A DNA stretch of 64,000 nucleotides from Octopus bimaculoides (lineage: Eukaryota), in contig NC_068985.1 of the NCBI RefSeq assembly GCF_001194135.2, positions 126,508,196-126,572,195 on the forward strand, read 5' to 3'. The position numbers and the translations under genes were made by a program. The number at the start of each line of letters is the position of its first letter. Position 1 is the stretch's first letter. Under the pieces are notes generated by a model. It ran no database searches. It saw nothing but the letters and a program-made list of their open reading frames with translations, and had not been told where the DNA came from. Of the stretch, positions 50,441 to 64,000 are shown one piece after another.

Positions 50441-51268
50441 CAGGTTAATCAAGAACTGCAAAAGAGGGGAAAGAAAGTCTTAGTTTCTCATCTTGTATCC
50501 AAGCTACCAACTGATGCTAGCTCTTATCTAAACAATCCTAAATAATCTCAATTGTTTGCACTACTATTTCATTCGATAACAATGACAGCTCATGTATATT
50601 TACAACATTAGAGCCCATTCTGGCTATTTTTATCATAGCAGGTAATTAAACCGGCTACTTTGTTTTAATCTCACGCTCTCACATACATACACCTACATAT
50701 ATAAACACATACATGCGTACATACATATGCACACGCACACATATAAACATACATACATACATACATACATAGAGTTAATTATAAACTAATTCGCACACAT
50801 TATATTGTAGCTGTTATATTTAGACGAATGAATTTAATACAGTGAAATTGAGTTTGAGGGGTTGCGGCCACATCAAGGCCTTGGTTGAGATCACATCGAG
50901 GCCACACACGATACTATGCACGAGTATCCTGTGGGATAACATACATTTACGAGTTAAAATCTCATTTGTATTGGCAGATGTAGTGTGATGAGTTGTGTGT
51001 GCGTGTGCGTGTGCGTGTGCGTGTGAATTCGTTTATTACTATTTTCACATAAATCGGTCATGGTCGAGCAATGGTATGATCCATGACGTTCCTGCCATGA
51101 CCATTCCATCTTTTTTTAGTATTAGGCATAGTACACTCCGGACTACATTATTTAATTTCTCTTTTCTTTTTTCAAAATAAGGACGAAAGATCGGCTGTTC
51201 GTGCTAGTAGCTCATGAACAACGCTACGTTGAGTCACTGGCAATGACATTTTAAAAACCATAATTCTG

Positions 51269-51329
51269 GAAGAAGAAGAAGAAGAAGAAGAAGAAGAAGA
51301 AGAAGAAGAAGAAGAAGAAGAAGAAGAAG

Positions 51330-51358
<29 letters not shown>
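51269..51358. repeat. (GAA)n microsatellite
   Basis: Direct tandem repeat. Confidence 0.98.
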
Positions 51359-51359
<1 letters not shown>

Positions 51360-51360
<1 letters not shown>

Positions 51361-52217
51361 GGCTTGGGAAGAGAACTCAAAGACGAATGAAGGTGACTGT
51401 GTCCCGTGTACTGGCAGCTGGAGAAAAAGCAATGATACGGAAGGTGAAGGAGAAATGTAAAATAGATGTAAATATTCGAACAGTTCAAAGAACACTGAAA
51501 GAAAGTGGGTTCAAATATGGAAAGGCCAAGAGGAAAATTCATTTCAGCAAAAAACACAAGAAGGCAAGGTTAGCCTGCGCAAAATAATAGCTAACTACTT
51601 CTGTTGATTTTTATCAAAGCAATTTTTACTGATGAGAATCTATTTATGTTCTTTGGTCAAGGAAAGGTGAACCATTGACGCAGTTGGATGGAGGTGGAGT
51701 AAGGGTATGGGGCATGGTCTTTCCAAGTGGATATTTTTGGTTAGAGTGGCTGAAACGAAGGTGGAACAGTATGAGTTACATCCAGCTGTTGCAAACGTGA
51801 GCTTTGTCTCACATTAGAGAAGAAATGGGAGGTAATTTTATCTTCCAACAGGATAACTACAACACTCACGTGTTAAAATCAGTCAAACAATGGACGCGAG
51901 ACATGATATTAAGTCTACTGAAATGGCTGGCAAGAAGTCCGGATTTGAAGTTCATCGAGAATATATAGGAAATGTTGGTACAGCTTGTATATGATAGACC
52001 AAAAGTTACAAGTAAGGCAGAATTATGGAAACAGATTTTGGAGCCACAAGAAAACCGATAGAGACAAAACGAGATGTTACAATGAACATGTTTATCCAGT
52101 GCAACGAACAAATAGTGCAAGTGATCGAAAGGAAAGGCGACTGAGTGGACTACTGAGGCCGAGTGGTACTATCCAAAAAATATTGTCACATGATTTTAAA
52201 ATTTTCATAAAATACTG
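51360..52217 (+). mobile_element. Tc1-family transposase remnant
   Basis: RTVQRTLKESG (HTH), IFTDE, FIFQQDN, WLARSPDLKFIENI (DDE motifs); multiple stops and frameshifts; TIRs not securely identified. Confidence 0.85.
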
Positions 52218-52882
52218 CTTATATATATATATACATGTATGTGTATCAGCAAAATCTCTTTCAAACAGAGCTCTGCAGACTTAGGAAAAGAGAGGGCATA
52301 TTTTGCTGTAATCCTTACGATCCATTTTCTCCTCCCACTAATCTTGAGACGGTTGTAGGGGTAGAAACCTCAGATACCCTCCCCAAAGAGTCTTATCCAT
52401 CATTACGCTTTCTGATTGGATATCCAAGCTTGACCAACTAAGATTATGAATATTATCCAACCATATCGTTCTTGGTCTACTCTAGGTCTCTTGCCGGTTG
52501 ACTCGATTGGAAGAATCCGTTTTTCGATTCTTTCCTGCGACATTCTAATCACATGCCAATGTTACCAGAGCTGTGACTTCTCAATGAGAAGTAGCGACTC
52601 ATTCTGGAATGACTCCCTGTTCGCCAACTACGCCCCTGTTCTCCAATTTACGCACCTTGTCAAGTAAACGTTACTCCAGAGATCCCAGCTATACTTCCAA
52701 AAAGAACTTGTGGTGACATTTGGAAAATGTTTGATTAAAGGTCTACTTGATAAGGGCTAATCTGGGGTTAAACAACAACAATAGCAACTGCTTACGATCA
52801 TCTCACAGCTATTAACACTAAAATTCCCACAACTATCACTCACATACATACAGTCACTACTACCATATAACCATTTGCATCT

Positions 52883-52919
<37 letters not shown>

Positions 52920-53344
52920 AGTTTTAATTAATTAATCCTGCAATTCAAGCACTTAAACCTTCATTAATGTCAGTCTGTTTTAAATGTATGTTCTCGACTT
53001 GTAAAGCTATTTCCGTGCGAAGTTACGAAGACAAAATATTGATTTAAATTGAAGCAGCATCAACGACTTTTTTTTTTCTGCGGGGACAATGCGTATAGTT
53101 GACTGAACTAAGCATGATATATTACTGGTATGTACGTTATCGACATAGTCCACATGAAGAACAACACCAGTTCCGATAGATTTTAGATTCATAGTGTACA
53201 TCAGAAATACGATATTGGTGTACTGTCCTTTCTGCTAATTTATCCTCTCGACGCAATGACTGAGCTTATTTCTGTTTCTGGTAGGTCCACCTACCAGAAA
53301 CAGAAGCCAAATCTACCCAAATTCAATTCCTTCCAGTTCATGCA

Positions 53345-53784
53345 CAACGCCAACAATTTTGAGGAGAATGGCAAGTCGATTGCACCAACCCGAGGGCTCA
53401 ACTGATGCATATGTTATCGACTCCGAAAGGATGAGAGGTAAAGTCGACCATAGCGGAATTTGAACTCAGACAGTAAAGAAACGGAAGAAATAGCGCTAAG
53501 CATTTCATCCGGCCTTTTCTACAATTCTACAGACTCACCACCGTCGCCGTCATAAATAACAACGGCTTCATTGTACCATGGAGGATTCTTTTATTCTTTT
53601 ACTGGTTTCAGTCATTTGACTGCGGGGCACCGCCTAATAGTCGAGCAAATCGACCCCAGCACTTATTCTTTGTAAGCCCAGTACTTATTCTATCGGTCTC
53701 TATTGCCGAACCCGCTAAGTTACGGGGACGTAAACACACCAGCATCGGTTGTCAAGCGATGTTGGGGGACAAATACACACACAC

Positions 53785-53853
<69 letters not shown>

Positions 53854-54260
53854 AGACGAGCTTCTTTCAGTTTCCGTGCGTTGGACAAAATGCTTGGGAG
53901 CATTTCTTCTGGGTTTTTTTGTTTTTTTTTTTTGTTCTGAATTCAAAATTCACCGATGTCGAGTTTGCATTTCATCCTTTGCAGGGTCAATAAAATAAAT
54001 ACCAGTTGAGTAATGGGGATCGATGTAATCCATTAATCTCTCCCCTCAAAATTTCTAGCCTTGAACCAAATTTAGAAATAAGTTGTTATTATTATTATTA
54101 TTATTAGCACGCTGGACGAAACTCTGAGCGGTATTTCGCCAGTCGCTCCGGAGTTCAAATTCCGCCGAGGTCGACTTTGCCTTTCATATTTTCGAGGTCA
54201 ATTAAATAAGTACCAGTTACGCACTGAGGTCGATGTAATCGGTGCTTCCAATAGAAAGGA
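53345..54260. mobile_element. SINE cluster: A(-) 53345-53545, B(-) 53590-53880, A(+) 53880-54080, A(+) 54107-54260
   Basis: Diagnostic family A and B blocks. Confidence 0.85.
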
Positions 54261-54396
54261 TTGTTATTAATATTATTATAATAATAATAATTATTATTAT
54301 TATTATTATTATTATCATTATTATTATTATCTGCATGCTTGTTGCAATAACTTGCCGAGTTACACTCAGTGTCCTAGGGCGAGTGAAGGATAAGCG

Positions 54397-54444
<48 letters not shown>

Positions 54445-55255
54445 NNNNNNNNNNTTATCATCATCCTCCTCCTCCTCCTCCTCATCATCATCATCATCAT
54501 CATTTTTTAAATTCTTATTTGCAGATGATTTTTTGTCCTTTCATTTCGAAAACTGATAGAAAATGTGAAGTGAATTATCGGAATAATTCTCTAATCAGTT
54601 CGATTGGCTTTACCACTCATCTCCATACTGGGTCAATAAAATCAATAACATAAACACCAGAGACCAATATTTACACTTGCCATTCAAGTAGTAGTAGTAG
54701 TAGTTTGTTTTTGTGGGGTTTTTTTTTTCGTCTATTCATTTTATTGATTCGTCTAAAGTTGATGTATCAGTCGAATTACTGAAAATGTTGTTTGACTTTT
54801 TCATATCATACGTTGACCTACAATTACAATACAAGCGATGACTACTCAGAGGAACATTATAGAGAAACCTATGAAAGGTTTGCTTTTAAAAAAACAAAAT
54901 GCAACAGATATCAATATGGAGGATTCTAAAAACATTATTTCTTTTTTATTAATGTTATTATTATTTGTTACTTTTATACTCTAATAAACAATTAAACGGC
55001 TTGGGAGCTCTAAATATTCTTTTAAAAGAAACATGATAGAGATACAATGGCTTCTCACAAGGTGGTTGTCAAGTAAAAATAAACACAACAACACGACAGA
55101 TGTCATCCAATTCATTTCGTTTGCTCGATTTTTATGACGTTTGCTCGATTTTTATATATAGTATCGTCCAGAAGTTTCTACATACACACTCACATACATA
55201 CGCACACAGACACACGCATATATATATCATATGTATGTGTGTGTGTGCGAGTGTG

Positions 55256-55298
<43 letters not shown>

Positions 55299-55828
55299 AT
55301 ATGTATACCTTATATATATATATATNNNNNNNNNNNNNNNNNNNNNNNNNNNNNNNNNNNNNNNNNNNNNNNNNNNNNNNNNNNNNNNNNNNNNNNNNNN
55401 NNNNNNNNNNNNNNNNNNNNNNNNNNNNNNNNNNNNNNNNNNNNNNNNNNNNNNNNNNNNNNNNNNNNNNNNNNNNNNNNNNNNNNNNNNNNNNNNNNNN
55501 NNNNNNNNNNNNNNNNNNNNNNNNNNNNNNNNNNNNNNNNNNNNNNNNNNNNNNNNNNNNNNNNNNNNNNNNNNNNNNNNNNNNNNNNNNNNNNNNNNNN
55601 NNNNNNNNNNNNNNNNNNNNNNNNNNNNNNNNNNNNNNNNNNNNNNNNNNNNNNNNNNNNNNNNNNNNNNNNNNNNNNNNNNNNNNNNNNNNNNNNNNNN
55701 NNNNNNNNNNNNNNNNNNNNNNNNNNNNNNNNNNNNNNNNNNNNNNNNNNNNNNNNNNNNNNNNNNNNNNNNNNNNNNNNNNNNNNNNNNNNNNNNNNNN
55801 NNNNNNNNNNNNNNNNNNNNNNNNNNNN

Positions 55829-55865
<37 letters not shown>

Positions 55866-55877
55866 CTGCATGCTAGT

Positions 55878-56150
55878 GAAGCCGCATGGCCTAGTGGTTA
55901 GGCTGTTGCACTCATGATCTAGCGATCGTGAGTTCGATTCCGATTCCCAGTCTGAACGACGCGTTGTGTTCTTGAGCAAAACACTTCATTTCACGTTGCC
56001 CCAGTCCCCCTTTCGAACAGGGGGAAATGTTAGCCTGCTCGCCTAGCAAACGAGGTGGCATCATTCGAAAGCTAAAATAATGCAAATCCCATTGTGATCA
56101 GCAATGTGTAACATCTGATAGTCTGGTCGACCACGTGATCACGTGGTCAC
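55878..56150 (+). mobile_element. SINE family C, alternative tail
   Basis: Head gccgcatggcctagtggttagg, B-box-like gagttcgattcc, ttgtgttcttgagcaaaacact. Confidence 0.82.
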
Positions 56151-56160
56151 GGGATGATAA

Positions 56161-56786
56161 ATTTTAGATAAAGCAATAGCTTTATAAGGTCTTCCTGAGT
56201 TACCTCTCTTAGGTACTTTCTATTGATAACAGCTAAGGAGCTAGAAACATTGATGCTTGGGAATCCTGATAGATGGCGACACTGGACAAATATGGTGTTT
56301 TTAGACCTTCTTACCATAAGAGAAAATGTTGTCCACGGTAATTGCAGTGTTTTGCCTTTTAGCAGTTGAAATATGTCACAAACATCTTTTAATTAACCTA
56401 AACATTGCTTATTCCTAAACACTGCTTGGCGCTAATATTTCGATAATTTCCACGACCTGGCGGTCTACTGGCGCAAATCAGTCACTGTTGTTGACTGTAT
56501 TTTAGATAAAGCTATAGCTTTATAAGGTCTGATCAGAGTTACCTCTCTTAGGCATTTTCCATTGATAACAGCCAAGGAGCTAGAAACATCGATGTCTTGG
56601 AATACTGATAAATGGTGATACTTGACAGGTATGTGTTTTAAAACTTTTTCACCATAAGAGATTATTTTCTCCGCGGTAACTACATTAACTTTGCCATTTA
56701 GCAGTTGAAATGTGTCACAAACATATTTTAAATAACCTAAACTTTACTTATGTTTAAACACTGCTTGGCGCTAATATTTCGGTAAT
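56161..56786. repeat. Diverged tandem duplication, period 338 bp
   Basis: Units begin attttagataaagc at 56161 and 56499 and share ~285 bp. Confidence 0.92.
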
Positions 56787-56805
56787 ATATAAATATATAT
56801 ATATA

Positions 56806-56876
56806 TATTGATTGATTGAGTGAGTGAGTGAGTGAGTGAGTGAGTGAGTGAGTGAGTGAGTGAGTGAGTGAGTGAG

Positions 56877-56941
<65 letters not shown>

Positions 56942-56942
56942 A

Positions 56943-56998
<56 letters not shown>
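56806..56998. repeat. Compound (GATT)n-(GAGT)n-(GATT)n microsatellite
   Basis: Direct tandem repeats. Confidence 0.97.
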
Positions 56999-57559
56999 CG
57001 AGGATGATTATAATTCGGGATATCGCCTCATTGGCACGTGTGCAGGATCCAGGCTAGCGTAGTATTCCAAAAATAAACGGAGGTCCGTAAGACTTTGATT
57101 ATTAAAGGGAACACTACAGAATTCCAAAGTAAGATCCAGTCGGCTCAATATAAGCCACACAGAGTGACTAATTAAAGAAATAATTTAAATGAAGAAAAAA
57201 GTCAAATTAGCATTACAGTTGCTTCTTGTTTCCGTAAACGGACGATACCGTTTATTCTATATCACATACAATCTTATGTAATAGGTGCCATAACATATGG
57301 AAATATGTAATAATATTTCTATAGTCCATTTGCTTTCTCAAATGTCTTGGAGGTACGTTTGCGAAGGGACTATAAAATTATTATTACATATTTCCATATA
57401 TTATGCCATGTATTACATAACATTGTATGAATTGCATAACGTTGTATGAGATATGGAATAAATGATATTGTCTGTTTAGGGAAACAATTGTAATGTCAAT
57501 TTGACTTCTTTTTTCCTCATTTAAATGATATATATACATACATACATACATACATACAT

Positions 57560-57602
<43 letters not shown>

Positions 57603-57605
<3 letters not shown>

Positions 57606-58006
57606 TCTTTTACTCTTTTACTTGTTTCAGTCTTTTAACTGCGGCCATGCTGGAGCACCGCCTTTAGTCGAGCAAATCGACCCCAGGGCTTATTCTTTAG
57701 AAGCCTAGTACTTATTCTATCGGTCTCTTTTGCCGAACCGCTAAGTTACGGGGACATAAACACACCAGCATCGGTTGTCAAGCGATGTTGTGGGGACAAA
57801 CACAGACACACAAACACACATACATACATATATATATATACATATATACGACGGGCTTCTTTCAGTTTCCGTCTACCAAATCCACTCACAAGGCTTTGGT
57901 CGGCCCGAGGCTATAGTAGAAGACACTTGCCCAAGATGCCACGCAGTGGGACTGAACCCGGGACCATGTGGTTGGTAAGCAAGCTACTTACCACACAGTC
58001 ACTCCT
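57603..58006 (-). mobile_element. SINE family B, full length, little decayed
   Basis: Complete head, CORE-like block, (TG)n spacer and tail. Confidence 0.92.
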
Positions 58007-59389
58007 ACGCCTGAAGACCGTGCTTAGATTCGCTTGTCCCACGTTCCTACAAATACTGTCTATTGTCTTCCCTCCAGGGCCACTTTCAATAGCAGTTATA
58101 ACATCATAGAGTAAGAACAGAGGACTTTTTATGCAAGACTATAAGACTATGAAAAAGATATTTTAAATGAGTAGTGGTAGCTATCCTAGGTAGGGAGAAG
58201 ATAGACAACATAAACATGAAATTGATCTCGGCCAGAATTTTTGATCATAAGTTTTTTTGGAGTTTTTTTGCCGTTTCAACTGAATTACCAGCTCATCACT
58301 CCATTAATACATGTACATTTTATGTTATGCTCAAGCATAATCATTGTAACATAGTTTGTGGCAAGACCTGGATTTTTAATTACAAGTACAATCTACCCAA
58401 CGGCTTTCATGCAGTTTCTGTCTGTCTAATTTAACTCACAAGGCTTGGGTTAATCCGAGGCTACGGTAAAAGACACTTGCCCAAGATACTGCGCAGTGCA
58501 ATCGAACCCGAGACCTTGTGATTGCGAGGTTACACGGCGTCTACTAAATGGGACATAGATATTGGCTAACGAGACAAATATAGACATATAATGATCTGAG
58601 CCAAAGAAAAAGAGCCTATATATGCTCATTTGACCTGTTATGTAAAAAAAATTAAGGCTTTTATCATAGATCTACTCAAGTTAGAAAGAAGAAACGAAAC
58701 CTCTTAGATTATATTCCTATGATCTCAAAAACAAATAAGAATACACTAGATTATGCAACCGTTGATAAGATTTCCTTCAAAAAAGGACAGGATGGACATG
58801 GTTGGAACGCCTTTCACAACTGACGAGGTTTTGTTGCTTTGCCTCAGCTTATCCCTTCTCGCAGACACCTACTGACTAAGCACTCAATTTGTGGCCAACT
58901 TGTCTCTTTCCGGTGTGCAAGAAACGCAGGATTACATTATCCAGTATGTCATTTATAAGGCGTTTGGGTGTGGTTGAAAGAAATTTGACTGCTACTTCGA
59001 GCATGTCAAGTGCACCTTGATACTTTTCTGATCAATGGTGACCTGGAGCTAAACAATATCAACAAGAACACTAGCTATAATTCTTAGAGATTGAGACAGA
59101 TATAGATTGACGCATAAGATGTTACTATATATAATATTGATTTCCAGATTAAGTACAAAGCCATAGCATTTGAAGAGAGAAGACCAATCGATTATATCGA
59201 CCGCAGTAATTCACTGATATGTATATTACCGATCACGGAAGGATAAAAGGAGAAGTCGCTCTCGTTGGAGATTGAACTGAGAACCTAAAGAAGTCATTTT
59301 ATCCGACATCCCACTGGTTGTGTTCATCCGCTGTCATTAATATATGAAAGAGCAAAACAAGATATTGTTATTACTAATAGATATTACTG

Positions 59390-59431
<42 letters not shown>

Positions 59432-59934
59432 GTACGTGTGTATGTATATACGCAAAAAAAAATAAAATCTGGGAAATATTCCGTGCACGTATTTTAATGG
59501 TGAGGAGTACATAAAATGGATAGCAAAACTGTGACTAATTCTAAAAACGATATTTATAACTGCAAAATCGATAAACGATCGTTTGATTGCTTAACATCTT
59601 GAAAAAGAAAAAATGTAAAATTCAGTCAAAGCTAATCCTTACTCTCTATCAGGCGACACGTTGGATCTTGTCACGTGTGTGATTCGNNNNNNNNNNNNNN
59701 NNNNNNNNNNNNNNNNNNNNNNNNNNNNNNNNNNNNNNNNNNNNNNNNNNNNNNNNNNNNNNNNNNNNNNNNNNNNNNNNNNNNNNNNNNNNNNNNNNNN
59801 NNNNNNNNNNNNNNNNNNNNNNNNNNNNNNNNNNNNNNNNNNNNNNNNNNNNNNNATATATATATATATATAAATATATTCCTATACTCTTTTACATGTT
59901 TCAGTCCAAAGGTTGTAGCCATGCTGGAGCACCG

Positions 59935-61200
59935 CTAGTAAAATCACCCATTCAACGGCCAATTTTATGACTGGCTTTTGGTAAAAGAGGAAGTTCGACA
60001 CTGTTGTCCTCTTTTGGGTCTCCTGCCTTGATATTGGTTCATCTGAGACCTTGGATAACAAGAGGTAAAGTTGTTTCATGAAAACATCTACCCACCCCCA
60101 TACTCCATGAAGATCCATCAACTGTTTTGACAACTGTGGACCTTTGAATCCCAAGCAACTGCAGTACATGGTCCTCACTCTAGACGCAATAATTGGGACG
60201 TTTAGAACAGTACAGTGACGTCCAGTTTGGGGGCTGGTATAGCTCTCGATACCAAAGTTTGGCGCCAGCCCCTCCAGGATCTTCCATACATATAACACTG
60301 CATATCTCTCCTGTCTTCGCTCCAAAGATTTGAGTCGTAGCTCTTTCAGTCTCCCCTGGTAGATTAGTTGCTCCATTAATGCAATCCTCCTGGTGTAACA
60401 CCGCTGTACTGTCTCAAGTTCTGCTATTAATTTGACACTGAAGGATGACCAAAGTTGAGAGCAGTAGTCCAGACGGTTGAGTACAAATGTCCTCCATAGA
60501 ACCAACATAGTTTCTTGGTCCCTTGTTCTGAAGGTTCTCAGAATCCATCCGGCCATTCGCCTGCTCGCTGCCACCATTTTGGTGATATGCATGTGGTATG
60601 AGGCATCGTTGCTCATATCAATGCTCAGATCATGCACTGTGCGTGACTGGGATTGACGTTCCATTTGGTCCAAAGTATCGTTGTCGCCGCTTATCAAAAC
60701 CAATTAGCTGGAGCGGAAGGCTTGGAATTTAGCAGCATTAAATTGCATATTGTTTTCTTTAGCCCATTTATATATGGCATCTAGGTCTTTCTGAAAAAGA
60801 TTAGCATCATAAGGTTCCTTGACTGCTTGTACTACTTTTGTGTCGTCAGCGTAGCTATGAAGTATGGCCGTCTGTGTAACTGATGGAGCTACCATGAACA
60901 GCAGCGGCCCTAATACAGTTCCCTGAGGTACTCCACTCTCTATTAAAGTCTCTATTGAAAGGGCCCCATTGACCGCCACAGGCTGGCCTTTGTCTTTTAA
61001 GAAGTCATACGACCACTCACCCAGTTTCCCGGCTATGCTGAGTCTCCATAGCTTGTGACATATCATCCCATGATCAACCTCATCAAAGGCCTTTGCAAAA
61101 TCCAGTTATATCACATCCACATTTGAGCGACTCATTGTTTCAACACCCAGTCATAATGCTGCAAAAGCTGGGTAAGGCAGCTTCTCCCTGAACAGAAGCT
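59935..61200 (-). mobile_element. CR1-clade LINE RT remnant
   Basis: SGVPQGTVLGPLLF, YADDTK, QFNAAKF, ILRTFRTRD, RLDYCSQLW, ETVQRCYTRRI, SLERRQERY. Confidence 0.92.
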
Positions 61201-61242
61201 ATGCTGTATGTATGTATGTATGTATGTATGTATGTATGTATG

Positions 61243-61412
61243 TTAGCGGCATTTTGTCCGTCTTCACGTCCCGAGTTCAAATTCCGCTGAGGTTGACTTT
61301 GCCTTTCACCCTTTCGGAGTCGATAAAATAAGTGTCAGCAGAACGTTGGGGTCGAAGCAATCGACTTAGCCCCTTCCCCGAAATTGCTGGCCTTGTGCCA
61401 ATATTTGAAATC
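61243..61412 (+). mobile_element. SINE family A, 5'-truncated
   Basis: gagttcaaattccgctgaggttgactttgcctttcaccctttcggagtcgataaaataag. Confidence 0.85.
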
Positions 61413-62634
61413 AGTATATGTGTAAGCGAGTTGTCCATAATTGTCTATCACTACAAGACTTAAAACATTTATAAGTTCTTTCTTCTATGTATCACATGAA
61501 TGTGTAACAAAGATCGAAATCGGCAAAACAACAAAAAAATTATGTTCAATGATTTTGCCGTTGTTGCTGTTTTCTTATTATTATCGAACGTTCTAGTGAC
61601 CTACTTGGATATCTATGTTGCCTGAGTGATAGAGATTAACAAATAAGATTGATTAATGTAACAGCAAAAAATAATAATGATTTCCTATACAGGTCCTAAT
61701 CAACACAAAACGAATATGTGGGTATACATGTATATACTCATACATACATACATACATACATACATACATACATACATACATACTTAGAGCGCTGAAAACC
61801 GGAATAAATATCGCAACGCTTTTTATCCGACACTCTAACGACGCTAACTGAGTGTCGGTTTTATATATATATATATATATATATATNNNNNNNNNNNNNN
61901 NNNNNNNNNNNNNNNNNNNNNNNNNNNNNNNNNNNNNNNNNNNNNNNNNNNNNNNNNNNNNNNNNNNNNNNNNNNNNNNNNNNNNNNNNNNNNNNNNNNN
62001 NNNNNNNNNNNNNNNNNNNNNNNNNNNNNNNNNNNNNNNNNNNNNNNNNNNNNNNNNNNNNNNNNNNNNNNNNNNNNNNNNNNNNNNNNNNNNNNNNNNN
62101 NNNNNNNNNNNNNNNNNNNNNNNNNNNNNNNNNNNNNNNNNNNNNNNNNNNNNNNNNNNNNNNNNNNNNNNNNNNNNNNNNNNNNNNNNNNNNNNNNNNN
62201 NNNNNNNNNNNNNNNNNNNNNNNNNNNNNNNNNNNNNNNNNNNNNNNNNNNNNNNNNNNNNNNNNNNNNNNNNNNNNNNNNNNNNNNNNNNNNNNNNNNN
62301 NNNNNNNNNNNNNNNNNNNNNNNNNNNNNNNNNNNNNNNNNNNNNNNNNNNNNNNNNNNNNNNNNNNNNNNNNNNNNNNNNNNNNNNNNNNNNNNNNNNN
62401 NNNNNNNNNNNNNNNNNNNNNNNNNNNNNNNNNNNNNNNNNNNNNNNNNNNNNNNNNNNNNNNNNNNNNNNNNNNNNNNNNNNNNNNNNNNNNNNNNNNN
62501 NNNNNNNNNNNNNNNNNNNNNNNNNNNNNNNNNNNNNNNNNNNNNNNNNNNNNNNNNNNNNNNNNNNNNNNNNNNNNNNNNNNNNNNNNNNNNNNNNNNN
62601 NNNNNNNNNNNNNNNNNNNNNNNNNNNNNNNNNN

Positions 62635-62971
62635 GTGGTGGAGCATCATAGCCATGTATTGAGAGGAGTTCTTTGGGGTTTGAATAATTCACCTTTGGAA
62701 ACATGGGGGTTTTCCTCAACATCCTTAAACAAACCTTATTCAGGGACCTTTTGAGCGGGATGGGCTACTCGACCTGAAGAAAATTCTAACTGGGCCCCAC
62801 CTGCGAGGTCATGCGCTGTTTATCTTGATATGAGATCACCTTGTCGCGCACATATGGTTGTGATGCATGTGCCTGGTGTACCCTTATCAGACGGGTAGTC
62901 ATGATGGGTATAATGGGCTTCGTATATTTTACCCCAGTGTCACTTTGATGGCATGCACTGCTCTCTCACTC
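62635..62971 (+). mobile_element. Repeat family D, little-decayed copy, (AAT)n tail
   Basis: Homologous to 21215-21643. Confidence 0.8.
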
Positions 62972-62989
62972 AATAATAATAATGATAAT

Positions 62990-63180
62990 AACATCAGCAA
63001 AAAATACCTTAGGAATGAGAACCCAGGGTCGGGTTCAAAATCCTCCCAGGACACCTGATGAAGGCTGGAGAGTAAATCAGCCGAAGCGTTGTGGTAACAA
63101 CAAACAAGATGACGACACATATCCGTCCAATGTAAATAATGTGAATAATGTACAGAATTCCTCATCTCTAAAATATAGAA
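62990..63180 (+). mobile_element. Solo PLE pLTR module with hammerhead motif (63050-63095; GAAA to GAAG)
   Basis: Homologous to 44221-44427; GACAC-CTGATGA-A-GGCTG-loop-CAGCC-GAAG-CG-TT-GTGGT; no PLE ORF adjacent. Confidence 0.85.
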
Positions 63181-63192
63181 CAGTATATATCT

Positions 63193-63296
<104 letters not shown>

Positions 63297-64000
63297 CAGA
63301 CAGACAACAGCGCTACGGCGGTGCTCTAACATGGCATTATTCGTGTTAAAATAAACTAAAGAACAAAAATGCAGTTCCTAATCTTCTGCAGATATTTAAA
63401 TACTAGGACTTTGTTCTACTGTTTCTGAAACTCAAGACAAAATTCTGTCTGTGCCAACATTTATTTGTTGTTGCTGTTGCTATTGTTATTGTAGTAGTAG
63501 TAGTTGTTATTGCTGTTGTTGTTGCTGCTGATGTTGCTTATTAACCCCAAATTAACTCTGATTAAGCGAATTTATGATCAAATGCATTTCAACCATAAAT
63601 TATTGCCTTATATATACGTGGGGATGTTAAAATGTTCTTGGCTTTGGTTAAAAGAAAATACAGGGGGATTAGTTAAATATGATTTTATTAAACATATTCC
63701 TTTCTCAGATCCACACACTTATTGCAGAGGCCCTTCAATTTTTCTAATCCTTGTAAAAGAATTCAAAAGGTTGGGTTCCCAACCAGGCCTTTTGCAACTC
63801 CCTTAAAGCCAGTAACTTTTCAGCACCCCCTCATCATAGATCCTACAATGACCAATATTTCTTCTTTTGTATTAAGGTAATGGAGTTTGATTTGAGAGAT
63901 ATTTGGCTGTTATTTCTCGGAAGTCGACATTTACTCATGGTTCGGCGAAGTAAAACCGTATAGTTGCTTGGCGAACTTCTTAACGACGCATCCCAGCTTC

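Noticed and set aside
51230-51270. Left TIR of the Tc1 remnant
   Set aside because: Weak AT-rich similarity to the putative right end (CAGT.. at 52217); no TA flanks confirmed.
53007-53201. 64-aa minus ORF (KSIGTGVVLHVDYVDN) as possible exon
   Set aside because: No recognisable family and no supporting neighbouring exons.

Overview
AT-rich animal genomic DNA, saturated with repeats and broken by many N gaps that sit almost always inside (TA)n/(CA)n tracts. The SINE and microsatellite content suggests an octopus/coleoid cephalopod scaffold; this is an inference I did not verify. I could not support any host protein-coding exon, rRNA or CRISPR array. Almost all supplied ORFs are microsatellite or N-gap artefacts; the rest are decayed transposon ORFs. 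Content: three tRNA-derived SINE families (labelled A, B, C here) and one unclassified AAT-tailed family (D); LINE remnants (RTE, L1/Tx1, R4/Dong-like RLE, CR1); three distinct Penelope-like element (PLE) remnants; DNA transposons (MULE, mariner, Tc1, hAT MITE); two tRNA pseudogene-like loci. The most striking signal is RNA-structural. At least three unrelated sequence families carry minimal type-I hammerhead ribozyme (HHR) motifs with a palindromic stem III: (i) a 389-bp indel-free fold-back with an HHR-like motif in each arm (3237-3625); (ii) a PLE 3' module in which a tRNA-like Pol III promoter precedes an HHR (three copies, with a compensatory stem II change); (iii) a 36-nt mini-HHR at 38153-38188. 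All structures were folded by eye, and no database search was run.
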